From positions 2,205 to 66,204 of the forward strand of contig CAJOJG010000008.1 in the NCBI GenBank assembly GCA_905234655.1: a stretch of DNA of 64,000 bases. Reading direction: 5' to 3'. This document shows positions 9,065 to 18,507 of this stretch, in pieces. Numbering within the stretch: the stretch's first letter is position 1; each line of letters opens with the position of its first letter. The translations under genes were made by a program, and so were the position numbers. The notes beneath the pieces were generated by a model. It worked only from the letters and a program-made list of their open reading frames with translations. It had not been told where the DNA came from and did not search any database. This stretch comes from an uncultured Bacteroidales bacterium (GTDB taxonomy: Bacteria; Bacteroidota; Bacteroidia; Bacteroidales; UBA3824).

Positions 9065-11176
9065 ATGGCAGCACTATCATCCATAAGGAGCAGGGGCAAG
9101 CTGATCGCTATTTGCGTGGGCGGTGCTCTGCTTGCTTTTGTTCTCGGCGATTTCATCTCGTCCGGCGCCACGATTTTCGGGGCTGCCCAGACTAAGATGG
9201 GTGAAATCGACGGCAATTCGATTGACTACATGCAATTCCAGCAGCAGGTAGAGGCCAGGGAGGCTTTCGTCAAGCTCGCCTCCAACCGGAGCACCCTCGA
9301 TGCGGCGACTTCAGACGACATCAGGGAATATTGTTGGCAGCAGGCTGTTAGGCAGAACACAATACTGAAGAACGCCGAAAATCAGGGCGTCATCGTCACC
9401 GACGCCGAAATAGCCAACCTCATTCAGACTGGCACGGATCTTACTCCCAATATCCGCCAGTCGTTCACAGACCCACAGACCGGCGCATACAACCCGGCAT
9501 ACGCCAGCGAGTTTATCCGCCAGGGCAGTGACAATGGAACATACCGTTTCCTCTGGCAGACCATGGAGGACGAACTCCGCGAAAACCGCCAGCTCGTCAA
9601 GTACCTCAACATGATAAATGCTGGCCTTTATGTAACGACGGCGGAAGTGGAGCGTGAGTTTGCCCAAAGGACACAGCTCGCCGACATAAAGTATGTTTCC
9701 ATTCCGTACTCCGACATTAAGGACGAGGAAGTTTCGGTTACCGACGACAAACTCCAGCGTTTTTACAAGGAAAACGTTAAGCGTTACGAGTCCACGACCG
9801 AGACACGCGACCTTTCATACGTAGTTTTCGACATCATCCCCACACAGAAGGACAGCGCATCGGCTTTGGACATCGCCAACTCCATTAAAGGCGGACTTGA
9901 ATCTGCATCTAAGGCAGAAGTTCCGTCATACATCGACTCAAAGTCCGACGTTCCATACGTTGACTACCACTATTCAAGGGGCGACTTCGACAATCCCGCC
10001 CTTGATGAGGCAGTGTTCGCTGAGGAGCCTGGATACGTGTATGGCCCGTATGTTGACGGCGAGTTTTACAGCCTTGCCCGTGTAATCGAGAGGGTTGTAC
10101 GCCCGGATTCCGTCGAGGTTTCGCACCTCCTGCTTACATTCAACAATCCCGCCGACTCGCTTACCGTAAAGGCAAAGGCCGACAGCCTTTTGGGTGTCTA
10201 CAACTCCGGCATTAACTTCGGCGCATTGGCTTATCAGTTCTCTCAGGACAACGGCTCGGCTGCCGATTCCGGAAAGTTGGGTTGGATAACAGAGAGGACA
10301 CCGTTCATTTCCGAATTTAAGAACGCTTGTTTCGCCACTGCAAAGGGCAAGACAAACATCGTAAAGACTGCATACGGCTACCACATCATCAAGGTCACGA
10401 ACACGACATCGCCCAAGCAGAAAGTTTCTGTCGGCATCGCGTCCGTCGACATCCGCCCGAGCAACCAGACCCGCCAGACCGCTTACTCTGCGGCAAGCGA
10501 GTTCGCAGGCCGTAACAGGACACGCCAGCAGTTCGAGCAGGCGGCTAAGGAGCAGAATCTTGTTGCCCGCGTTGCACCGAGGCTCACTTCAAACACCGCA
10601 CAAATCCCCGGCATCGAAAATTCGCGCGAGATTATCCGTGACGCATTCAACGAGGACAAGTCCAAGGAAGTTTCCGGCGTATACGAAATGGGCGACAGGT
10701 TCATCGTTTCGGTCGTAACCGGCATTCACCCCGCAGGCGTTCAGAAACTTGCCGAGGTTAAGAACGAAGTTACACGCCTTGCGACTAACGACGCAAAGGG
10801 CGATGCCATCATCAGCAAAATCGGCTCGGTGTCGTCTGTTGACGAGGTTGCCGGCAAGATGGGCAAGTCGGTTCAGGAAGCATCTTCGGTTCATTTGGAC
10901 ATGATTCAGATTCCTGGAATCGGTTTCGAACCCAAAGTCATCGCCACAGCGTCCTCGCTCCAGCAAGGTCAGGTTTCAGCCCCAGTGAAAGGCGAGAATG
11001 GTGTTTATGTATTGCAGAACACATCGTTCACCCCCGCCCAGGCTATCCAGCCGCTTAATGTCACGACCGACAGGCGCATGATGGAGGCTGACCTCGCTAA
11101 CAGGGCTTCTTACCAGGTTTACCAAGCGATTTTGGACAAGGCTAAGATCACCGACCTGCGTGTGAAATTCTTCTAA
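9065..11176 (+). CDS. Membrane-anchored SurA N-terminal / rotamase-domain chaperone (PpiD-like peptidylprolyl isomerase)
   Basis: MAALSSIRSRGKLIAICVGGALLAFVLGD TM anchor; parvulin motifs VSHLL...FGALAYQFSQDNGSA..SGKLGW...VKTAYGYHII; C-terminal ITDLRVKFF. Confidence 0.85.
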   Translation: MAALSSIRSRGKLIAICVGGALLAFVLGDFISSGATIFGAAQTKMGEIDGNSIDYMQFQQQVEAREAFVKLASNRSTLDAATSDDIREYCWQQAVRQNTILKNAENQGVIVTDAEIANLIQTGTDLTPNIRQSFTDPQTGAYNPAYASEFIRQGSDNGTYRFLWQTMEDELRENRQLVKYLNMINAGLYVTTAEVEREFAQRTQLADIKYVSIPYSDIKDEEVSVTDDKLQRFYKENVKRYESTTETRDLSYVVFDIIPTQKDSASALDIANSIKGGLESASKAEVPSYIDSKSDVPYVDYHYSRGDFDNPALDEAVFAEEPGYVYGPYVDGEFYSLARVIERVVRPDSVEVSHLLLTFNNPADSLTVKAKADSLLGVYNSGINFGALAYQFSQDNGSAADSGKLGWITERTPFISEFKNACFATAKGKTNIVKTAYGYHIIKVTNTTSPKQKVSVGIASVDIRPSNQTRQTAYSAASEFAGRNRTRQQFEQAAKEQNLVARVAPRLTSNTAQIPGIENSREIIRDAFNEDKSKEVSGVYEMGDRFIVSVVTGIHPAGVQKLAEVKNEVTRLATNDAKGDAIISKIGSVSSVDEVAGKMGKSVQEASSVHLDMIQIPGIGFEPKVIATASSLQQGQVSAPVKGENGVYVLQNTSFTPAQAIQPLNVTTDRRMMEADLANRASYQVYQAILDKAKITDLRVKFF

Positions 11177-11205
11177 GACTCATTTATAATAATTAATATA
11201 TTTAA

Positions 11206-11243
11206 GAAAGGCGCGACGTCGAGATGACATTGCGCCTTTTTTT
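11206..11243 (+). terminator. Intrinsic terminator
   Basis: AAAGGCGCGACGTC-GAGAT-GACATTGCGCCTTTTTTT. Confidence 0.7.
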
Positions 11244-11323
11244 ATTTTCGATGCTTTTCGATTTCCATTTCCGAAAAAAATGTGCTAACTTTGCGCATCA
11301 AACGAAAATCATCTGTATATAAA

Positions 11324-12082
11324 ATGGAAAACATCATAAAGGCCAACGGCGTTGATGTGCGATGCAAGACTATCGGCGAGGGCGACGACGTGTTGCTGTT
11401 GCACGGGTGGGGATGCAGCCTCGACATCTGGAAGGCCATCCAAAGCGGCCTTGAAACGAACCACAGGGTAACTTCAATCGACTTCCCCGGATTTGGGCAG
11501 AGCCAAGAGCCGCCCGAAGTGTGGGGCGTGGAAGAATACACGCGCTGCACCGAAGACCTGATAGCAAAACTTGGGCTTAAAAATCCAACGCTCGTCGGAC
11601 ACTCATTCGGCGGCAGGGTGTCGATTTTGCTGTCGTCAAGAAATAGTTATGTAAGTAAAGTAATATTGACAGACGCGGCGGGCGTCAAGCCGCAGAGCAC
11701 CAAGATTTCGGTGTCGAGGATTTTCTCAAAAATCAAGAAGGCGACCGCAAAGGTAATCGGCGAGGCTGCGACGGAAAAGTTAGTGAAGCCGTTTGTAAAT
11801 TCCCTTGCGTCAGAGGATTACAAAAATGCATCGGGAATGATGAAAGAAATCCTCAAAAAGGTTGTTGACGAAGACTTGCAGCACGTGATGCCGTCGATAA
11901 AAGCCCCTACGCTACTCATCTGGGGCGCAAACGACACCGCGACACCCGTCGCCGACGCGCAGATTATGGAACGCCTGATTCCTGACGCGGGGCTCGTCGT
12001 GATGCCCGGCTGCACACATTTCGCGTTCTTGGAAAACCCGCAGTTTTTCCTCACCGTCGCCGAAAATTTCCTTAAAAGTTGA
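11324..12082 (+). CDS. Alpha/beta-fold hydrolase
   Basis: LLHGWG, DFPGFGQS, nucleophile elbow GHSFGG, IWGANDTATP, catalytic His in CTHFAFLE; TAACTTTG at 11286-11293. Confidence 0.9.
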   Translation: MENIIKANGVDVRCKTIGEGDDVLLLHGWGCSLDIWKAIQSGLETNHRVTSIDFPGFGQSQEPPEVWGVEEYTRCTEDLIAKLGLKNPTLVGHSFGGRVSILLSSRNSYVSKVILTDAAGVKPQSTKISVSRIFSKIKKATAKVIGEAATEKLVKPFVNSLASEDYKNASGMMKEILKKVVDEDLQHVMPSIKAPTLLIWGANDTATPVADAQIMERLIPDAGLVVMPGCTHFAFLENPQFFLTVAENFLKS

Positions 12083-12087
12083 TAATA

Positions 12088-13656
12088 ATGGAAACAATAT
12101 TGACAATAATATTTGCGGTAATAGCCGCCGTGTGGGTCTGCGTAAAACTCGGATACGAGTTGCAGATGTTCCAACAAAACAGTTACCGCAACGAGCGGTA
12201 TTTCAAGTGGTTCGGCAAAAATTACGCCTCGTTGGACCGCATCGTGGAACTATCGGCGATGGTAGCCATAGCAATCGTCTGGCTCGCCGGCATCAGCAAG
12301 ATGTGGCTCGCCGTGCCGTCGCTGATGCAGTTGGCGTTGACGTACAAGACATTGACGAGGAAATCGAAGGTGAAACTCAAATTCACTTCCCGCGCCAAGA
12401 GGCTGTATTTCACGTCGTTGGCGATAATAGTGATTGGCATTGCCGCCAATGTCTATTACAACGGACTGATGGGCGGGCTTCTAACGGCTGCCATCGACGG
12501 CGTATTGACGTGCATAATCCTGCCGCTCGCCAACATCATCATGAAGCCCGTCGAAAACCACATCAACCAATGGTACATCAACGACGCCAAGCGAATCCTC
12601 AACGAGCATCCCGACTTGATAATCGTCGGAATAACAGGCAGTTACGGCAAGACAAGCACCAAACATTTCCTCGAAACAATCCTTTCGCAGAAGTACAACG
12701 TGCTGATGACGCCGGGCAGCTTCAACACCACGATGGGCGTAGTGCGCACCATCCGTGAGTACCTGAAACCCACCCACCAGGTGTTCATCTGCGAGATGGG
12801 CGCGAAACAGATTGGCGACATCAAGGAAATCTGCGACCTCGTCCACCCGAAATTCGGCATCCTGACTTCCGTCGCCGAACAGCACCTCGACACGTTCAAA
12901 AACATCGAAAACGTCCGCAAGACCAAGTTTGAACTCGTTGACTCGCTGCCCGCCGACGGTTGCGCTTTCCTCAACGCCGACTACGAAATCATCCGCACGA
13001 CCAACCACGGCAAGCCCGCCAAGTATTATTCGACGACCGACAAGTCCGCGAATTACTATGTCGATATGGAAAAACTTGCCTATTCGCAGGACGGGACGGA
13101 TTTTGGCGTCATTATCGACGGCAATAGTCCGCTCGCGATGCGCACCCCGCTACTCGGCGACTACAACATCAGCAATATCCTCGCGTGTGTGGCTTGCGCC
13201 CGGGAACTCGGACTTTCCGACGAGCAAATTTCGTTTGGCGTCCACAAACTTCGCCCCGTAGAACACCGCATGGAAATCAAGCCCAACGCGGCGGGCGTGG
13301 TAATCATCGATGACGCCTTCAATTCCAACCCCAAGGGCGCGAAGATGGCGTTGGAAGTGCTGTCGGGCTTTCAGGGTCGGCGGTTTGTGATAACACCCGG
13401 CATCATCGAGCTCGGCGACAAGCAATATTTTTACAACGAGCAACTTGGCGAACAAATTGCCGACTGCGTGGACTACGCAATCCTCGTCGGCGCAAAACAG
13501 ACCGCACCCATCCACGACGGCCTCTTGAAAAAACAATTCCCCGCCGACAAGACCTACATCGCCCAAAACCTCAACGACGCGGCGCAGTGGGCGTTTGCTC
13601 GCGCCAATCCGGGCGATGTGGTGCTGTTCGAGAACGATTTGCCGGACTTGTTCTGA
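12088..13656 (+). CDS. murF: MurF-like Mur ligase with N-terminal transmembrane domain
   Basis: GITGSYGKTSTK P-loop, TPGSFNTTMGV, CEMGA, IIDDAFNSNPKG, ITPGIIELG, FENDLPD; about 150 hydrophobic N-terminal residues. Confidence 0.75.
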   Translation: METILTIIFAVIAAVWVCVKLGYELQMFQQNSYRNERYFKWFGKNYASLDRIVELSAMVAIAIVWLAGISKMWLAVPSLMQLALTYKTLTRKSKVKLKFTSRAKRLYFTSLAIIVIGIAANVYYNGLMGGLLTAAIDGVLTCIILPLANIIMKPVENHINQWYINDAKRILNEHPDLIIVGITGSYGKTSTKHFLETILSQKYNVLMTPGSFNTTMGVVRTIREYLKPTHQVFICEMGAKQIGDIKEICDLVHPKFGILTSVAEQHLDTFKNIENVRKTKFELVDSLPADGCAFLNADYEIIRTTNHGKPAKYYSTTDKSANYYVDMEKLAYSQDGTDFGVIIDGNSPLAMRTPLLGDYNISNILACVACARELGLSDEQISFGVHKLRPVEHRMEIKPNAAGVVIIDDAFNSNPKGAKMALEVLSGFQGRRFVITPGIIELGDKQYFYNEQLGEQIADCVDYAILVGAKQTAPIHDGLLKKQFPADKTYIAQNLNDAAQWAFARANPGDVVLFENDLPDLF

Positions 13657-13661
13657 GAGGT

Positions 13662-14543
13662 TTAGCCCCTCAATTCCTCCGGAATCTTCGGCATCGCGCC
13701 TTTCTGCGTGCAGACAAAGGCGGATACTTTCACCGCCAAGGCGTGGGCTTCATTGATTGACTTGCCGCTGAGGATAGCCGCACAGAACGCCCCCGTGAAC
13801 GAATCGCCCGCGCCCACCGTGTCGGCAACCTCAACCTGGGGTGTCTCTTGAAAACTCTGGCCCTCGGCGGTGAAAACATACGAGCCATTGACACCGCACG
13901 TCAAAACCAACATGTCAAGACCGTAGTTTTTGAGCAACATACGGCACTCCGACCGCAAGTCCAAATCCTGAAACTCAAACAGACGACCGATTACAATCAG
14001 TTCCTCATCGTTGATTTTCAAGATGTTGCAACGGCGAAGCGAGTTCTCGATAATTTCCTTGGTGTAGAAATTTTGACGGAGGTTGATGTCGAAAATTTTA
14101 AGGCAATCACCGGGCGTTGAATCAAGGAACGCATTGATTGTCTGCCGCGAGACCACGTTGCGCTGCGCCAAAGAGCCGAAACATACCGCACGGCAATTCT
14201 TGGCGATGTCCTTGATTTCGGCAGTGAGCGGAATGTTGTCCCACGCCACGTTTTCCTTGATGTCGTAGGTCGGAACGCCGTACTTGTCGAGGCTCACCTG
14301 AACCGTGCCGGTTGGATATTCGACCCTCGGCATCAAGAAGTTGAGGTTGTGGCTTTTGAGGTTGTCGATTGCCTCGTCAGCCAGCGAATCGTCGCCGACG
14401 GCACTAACCGCGATTGTGGCGTCGCTGCCCAAAAACTGTCCTGCATGATAGGCGAAATTTGCCGGCGCGCCGCCGATTTCCTTGCCTTCGGGAAGCATGT
14501 CCCACAACACTTCGCCAAGGCCTACTATGTATCTCTTTTCCAT
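13662..14543 (-). CDS. PfkB-family carbohydrate kinase (probable fructokinase)
   Basis: GLGEVLWD, GGAPANFAYH, FDINLR, KINDEEL, DTVGAGDSF; start at MEKRY. Operon context with GH32. Confidence 0.9.
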   Translation of the reverse strand: MEKRYIVGLGEVLWDMLPEGKEIGGAPANFAYHAGQFLGSDATIAVSAVGDDSLADEAIDNLKSHNLNFLMPRVEYPTGTVQVSLDKYGVPTYDIKENVAWDNIPLTAEIKDIAKNCRAVCFGSLAQRNVVSRQTINAFLDSTPGDCLKIFDINLRQNFYTKEIIENSLRRCNILKINDEELIVIGRLFEFQDLDLRSECRMLLKNYGLDMLVLTCGVNGSYVFTAEGQSFQETPQVEVADTVGAGDSFTGAFCAAILSGKSINEAHALAVKVSAFVCTQKGAMPKIPEELRG

Positions 14544-14577
14544 GATGTTATATGTTTGTATTTTTAATATTTTTTTG

Positions 14578-14631
14578 ACACGGAATACACTGAAAACACG
14601 AAAATTTCTGTGTATTCCGTGTTTTCCGTGA
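14578..14631. repeat. Palindromic element of 3+3 inverted 9-bp units (ACACGGAAW-like)
   Basis: ACACGGAAT ACACTGAAA ACACGAAAA TTTCTGTGT ATTCCGTGT TTTCCGTGA. Confidence 0.8.
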
Positions 14632-14640
14632 CCCAAAAAG

Positions 14641-15789
14641 TTACTTAACCCGTGTCGTGAACCACAGCAGGTATGCCACGCCGACGGCGATTACAGCCAC
14701 TGCACCGCTTTGTCCGCAAACATCTGAGGCAAAGCCCATTAGCAGCGGAAAAACCGTGCCGCCGAACAAACCCATTATCATCAGACCCGACACTTCGTTC
14801 TGCTTTTCGGGCATCGAGGTCAGGGCTTGGGCAAAGCAAATCGAGAAAATGTTAGAGTTGCCGTAGCCCGCAAGCGCAATCGCGACAAACAGCACCGCCT
14901 TGCCTGTGCCGAAAAAAAGTCCGCACACCGATACCGCCATCATCAAAAGACAGATTGCGTAAAACGTCCTTGTCTTCGTTATCCTGAGAAAAAACGAACC
15001 TGTCAGGCAGCCGATTGTGCGGAAAATAAAGTACAAACTCGTGGCAAACGCCGCCTCGTTGAGTGTCATGGAGAGCCTTTCCATCAGGATTTTAGGCGCG
15101 GTGGTGTTTATACCGACATCGATTCCGACATGGCACATGATGCCGAAAAACGTCAGCAGGACGGCGGGGATTTTCAAGAGCGAAATGCACTGCAAAACCG
15201 TCGTCGCCTTGTCCTCGGATTTCTGTTCCTCGACGGGCGTAACTTTCAGCATGACAGCCGAAAACACGCTCATCACAAAGTAGAGCAGGAACAATATTTT
15301 CCACGAAAAACCAAAGTCGGGAATGGCTTTCGTTGCGCCCCACATTGCGATATAAGGTGCTGAAAACGAGGCTATTGCCTTAACGAATTGACCGAAAGTG
15401 AGCGTAGAGGCAAGGTTCTTGTCGCCCAAGACGGTGGAAACCAGCGGGTTGAGCGATGTCTGCATCAGGGCGTTGCCGATTCCGAGCAGCGAAAACGCAG
15501 TCAGCATAACGCCGAAAGAGTCGCCAAAAAGCGGAATCATCAGCGACAACGCCGTGATAATCAGGGATAAAAGCACCGTGTTTTTCCTGCCGATACGGTT
15601 CATCAGCATTGATGTCGGCACCGAGAAAATCAGGAACCAGAAAAACACCAGCGATGGAAAGATATTTGCCTGAGAATCAGTGAGATTCAAGTCTTGTTTA
15701 ACGTAGTTTGATGCAATGCCCACCAAATCCACGAACCCCATGCAGAAAAAACACAGCATCACGGGGATTAAAGTTAATTTCTTTGACAT
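14641..15789 (-). CDS. MFS sugar transporter (probable fructose permease)
   Basis: 382 aa, about 12 hydrophobic segments, FFCMGFVDLVGI, MNRIGRKNT, LMQTSLNP; lies between GH32 and PfkB. Confidence 0.85.
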   Translation of the reverse strand: MSKKLTLIPVMLCFFCMGFVDLVGIASNYVKQDLNLTDSQANIFPSLVFFWFLIFSVPTSMLMNRIGRKNTVLLSLIITALSLMIPLFGDSFGVMLTAFSLLGIGNALMQTSLNPLVSTVLGDKNLASTLTFGQFVKAIASFSAPYIAMWGATKAIPDFGFSWKILFLLYFVMSVFSAVMLKVTPVEEQKSEDKATTVLQCISLLKIPAVLLTFFGIMCHVGIDVGINTTAPKILMERLSMTLNEAAFATSLYFIFRTIGCLTGSFFLRITKTRTFYAICLLMMAVSVCGLFFGTGKAVLFVAIALAGYGNSNIFSICFAQALTSMPEKQNEVSGLMIMGLFGGTVFPLLMGFASDVCGQSGAVAVIAVGVAYLLWFTTRVK

Positions 15790-15813
15790 GATTATTCAAA
15801 TTTTTTTGGGGGG

Positions 15814-15951
15814 ACACGGAAAGCACTGAAATCACTGAATTTTTTTCGTGTGTTCCGTGTTTTCCGTGGTTATTTTTTTAACCACGAAAAGCACTAAAAA
15901 ACACTAAAATTTTCAATATGTTTTTTCGTGTTTTTCGTGTTTTTCGTAGTT
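15814..15951. repeat. Two tandem copies of the 9-bp-unit palindromic element
   Basis: 15814-15870 ACACGGAAA GCACTGAAA TCACTGAAT...TTTCGTGT GTTCCGTGT TTTCCGTGG; 15880-15951 CCACGAAAA GCACTAAAA...TTTTCGTGT TTTTCGTGT TTTTCGTAG. Confidence 0.8.
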
Positions 15952-15955
15952 ATTA

Positions 15956-17635
15956 TTATTTATTCAGTTGATAAATCGTTGTTTTGCAGCCGGTTGAGGT
16001 GATTTGAGAGTAACTCTCGGCGGGGAAGACGAGGTTTGTCATCACCGCTTTGCCCTCAGAATCAAACACTTCCACGCTGCATTTGTCGATAAAAATCCTC
16101 AATGCTTTTGACCCGCCGGGGACTTTTACGGAGGTTTCGGCGGCAAAATCACGGCTGAATTGGACGTTGCCGCTTTGACGGCGGTCGAATTTCAGAACTT
16201 TGGATTTTTGGTCGTAACTGATTGTTACACACTCGTTTTTGGTGTTTGACAGCGAGATTTTCGTATCACCTTTGATTGTGGCGAGGATTTCGCAGGCCTC
16301 TGTCGGCTGCTTGATAATTGCGCCGCGAAGCCTCAATAGTTCTTCCGAGGGTTTTGAGCCGCAAAATTTGTCGCCGTCAGCCTCAAAGATAAAAAGGTTT
16401 CTCGGCACAGAGTTTGACGAGCGGAACTGCTTGGTTGGCACGTCGTTGGCGTATTGCCAGTTGCTCATCCAAGCGAGGGCTACTCGGCGGTTTTGTGGCG
16501 CGTTAAAGAACGTTACGGTGGCGTAATGGTCTTTGCCGTAGTCGAGCCATTTGGCAGTTTTTTGGGTGCTGACAAAGCGTTTGCCGTCAAAATCGCCAAT
16601 AAAATACTGTGTCGCGCTGCCGCCGAAAACGCCGCCCGGGTTGATGTTGCAGATTAACAGCCACTTGTCGCCAATTTTCATCAGGTCGGGACATTCCCAA
16701 ACCCCGTCGTGGCAACCGTAACCGCTGCCGAAACTGCTCTCGAATGTCCAGTTCTTGAGGTCTTGGGACGAGTAGATTTTCATTTCCTGACCGGCGGCAA
16801 GAATCATGTTCCACCTGCCAAAGTCCTCATTATAAAAGACTTTCGGGTCGCGGAAATCACGGCTTTCGTCCGTCAAAATCGGATTGCCGGAAAACTTTAC
16901 GAAAGTTTTGCCGCCGTCGGTGGAATACGCCATTGATTGTGTCTGGTTGCGTCCCGCCGAGGTGTAGAAGGCGACGACGGCGTTTTTGCCGAAGCCTGCG
17001 GAATTGTTTTTGTCAACGACACACGAGCCTGAAAAAATCGCGCCGAGGCCGTCGGGCAGGATTGCGGGCTGCTCGGGCGTCCAACTCACGAGGTCTTTGG
17101 ACGTAGAGTGTCCCCAAGTCATATTTTCCCACTGCGAGCCATACGGATTCCACTGATAATAAAGGTGATACACGCCGTCGAGGTAGAACATTCCGTTGGG
17201 GTCGTTCATCCAGCCGTAAGCGGGCGAATGGTGGTACGCGGGACGGAAACGCTCGCGGTTTTGGGTGTCGAAACTCTCTGACTGGCGGATTTTTGTCCAA
17301 CAAAGGTAGTTTTTGACCTCTGAGGTAGACTTTTCGCCGCCCCAAAACTCAATGTCGAAAACAAGGTTCTGTCCGCCGAACTCCTCGATGTCGAGCGGCA
17401 CGAAATAGTCCACCCTGTCGGCGGCGAGTTTGACGTTGAGCGACTTGACAGTCAGGTTGTTGCAAATTACCTGAATGTTTGCGCCGTCCCTGTCTTCCTG
17501 AACGGGCAAAAGCAGGTACTTTTTCTGCGCCTTGTCTTTTACCATGACGTGTCCGCCGCCGGTAAAGAAGGTCTGCTGCGCCATGGCGGTCATCATCATA
17601 CACGCCGTGGCAACGGTTAAAAATAATCTTTTCAT
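15956..17635 (-). CDS. GH32 beta-fructofuranosidase/levanase with signal peptide and DUF4980-like N-terminal domain
   Basis: WMNDPNG, WGH, FSGS, FRDPKV, WECPD catalytic motifs; DYGKDHYA; AWMSNWQYA. Confidence 0.92.
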   Translation of the reverse strand: MKRLFLTVATACMMMTAMAQQTFFTGGGHVMVKDKAQKKYLLLPVQEDRDGANIQVICNNLTVKSLNVKLAADRVDYFVPLDIEEFGGQNLVFDIEFWGGEKSTSEVKNYLCWTKIRQSESFDTQNRERFRPAYHHSPAYGWMNDPNGMFYLDGVYHLYYQWNPYGSQWENMTWGHSTSKDLVSWTPEQPAILPDGLGAIFSGSCVVDKNNSAGFGKNAVVAFYTSAGRNQTQSMAYSTDGGKTFVKFSGNPILTDESRDFRDPKVFYNEDFGRWNMILAAGQEMKIYSSQDLKNWTFESSFGSGYGCHDGVWECPDLMKIGDKWLLICNINPGGVFGGSATQYFIGDFDGKRFVSTQKTAKWLDYGKDHYATVTFFNAPQNRRVALAWMSNWQYANDVPTKQFRSSNSVPRNLFIFEADGDKFCGSKPSEELLRLRGAIIKQPTEACEILATIKGDTKISLSNTKNECVTISYDQKSKVLKFDRRQSGNVQFSRDFAAETSVKVPGGSKALRIFIDKCSVEVFDSEGKAVMTNLVFPAESYSQITSTGCKTTIYQLNK

Positions 17636-17801
17636 ATTTAGGACGTTTTGATTAAAAATTTCTGACGGCTAAATTACGCTAAAACGCATTTGCGAGGTAT
17701 AAAAAATCGTTCAAAGGCGATAAAATTTGTTACAATGAAACAAAATTGAAAGGAATGAACGAAAAATGATGATGTTTTTGGTGAAAGTAAACGCAGACTT
17801 C

Positions 17802-18485
17802 TTAACCCTGGATATTGTCGACATAAACCTCGTCAAAACCGGCGATGAGGTCGGATATGCGCTTGTCGTACTCCTTGCGGCTAATCTTGACATCCAAGGA
17901 GATGACATAAATCTTAACGTCGTCCTTATGTGAGATTTCGATATTGTAAGTGTCGATGCTAAAGCCAGCGGACTTCAACTTGTCAATAATAGAGTTGACC
18001 TCGTAGCGCGAACGGGCGGTTATGGCGAGCGAAACTGTCTTCTTGCCCATCTTGCCGAGCACAAAACTGAAAATCTCCAGGCACAACAGCACAAGCACCG
18101 TCGTCGCGACCGACAGGGCATAATGACCCGCGCCACACGCCATGCCGATAGCCGCCGTAACCCAGATGCCGGCGGCGGTGGTTATGCCGCGCACAGTGTG
18201 CTTTTGAAAGATGATAGTGCCGGCACCGATAAAGCCTATGCCGGTAACAATATTGGCGGCGATACGCGCCGGGTCGAGGGAATAGTTGGACTTGTCGAGC
18301 AGCGGCAGGTCAGTGTCAAATCCATGAATAGAAATTATCATAAAAATCGCGCTGCCCAACGCCACCAGGAAATGAGTCCTGAAGCCTGCCATCTTCGAGC
18401 GGTAGGCGCGCTCGAGACCAATCACGCCGCCAAGCATCGCTGCGGCAAATATCCTTAACAAATGTTCGTAGTTAATCAGTTCCAT
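17802..18485 (-). CDS. MgtC/SapB family membrane protein
   Basis: GGVIGLER...AGFRTHFLVALGSA, DPARIAANIVTGIGFIGAGTI, GITTAAGIW; start at MELINY. Confidence 0.92.
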   Translation of the reverse strand: MELINYEHLLRIFAAAMLGGVIGLERAYRSKMAGFRTHFLVALGSAIFMIISIHGFDTDLPLLDKSNYSLDPARIAANIVTGIGFIGAGTIIFQKHTVRGITTAAGIWVTAAIGMACGAGHYALSVATTVLVLLCLEIFSFVLGKMGKKTVSLAITARSRYEVNSIIDKLKSAGFSIDTYNIEISHKDDVKIYVISLDVKISRKEYDKRISDLIAGFDEVYVDNIQG

Positions 18486-18507
18486 TTTCCAGTGTTTTTT
18501 TAAGTGG

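Noticed and set aside
14578-15951. 9-bp-unit elements as CRISPR repeats
   Set aside because: They are internally periodic, degenerate fold-backs separated by a whole gene, with no repeat-spacer pattern.
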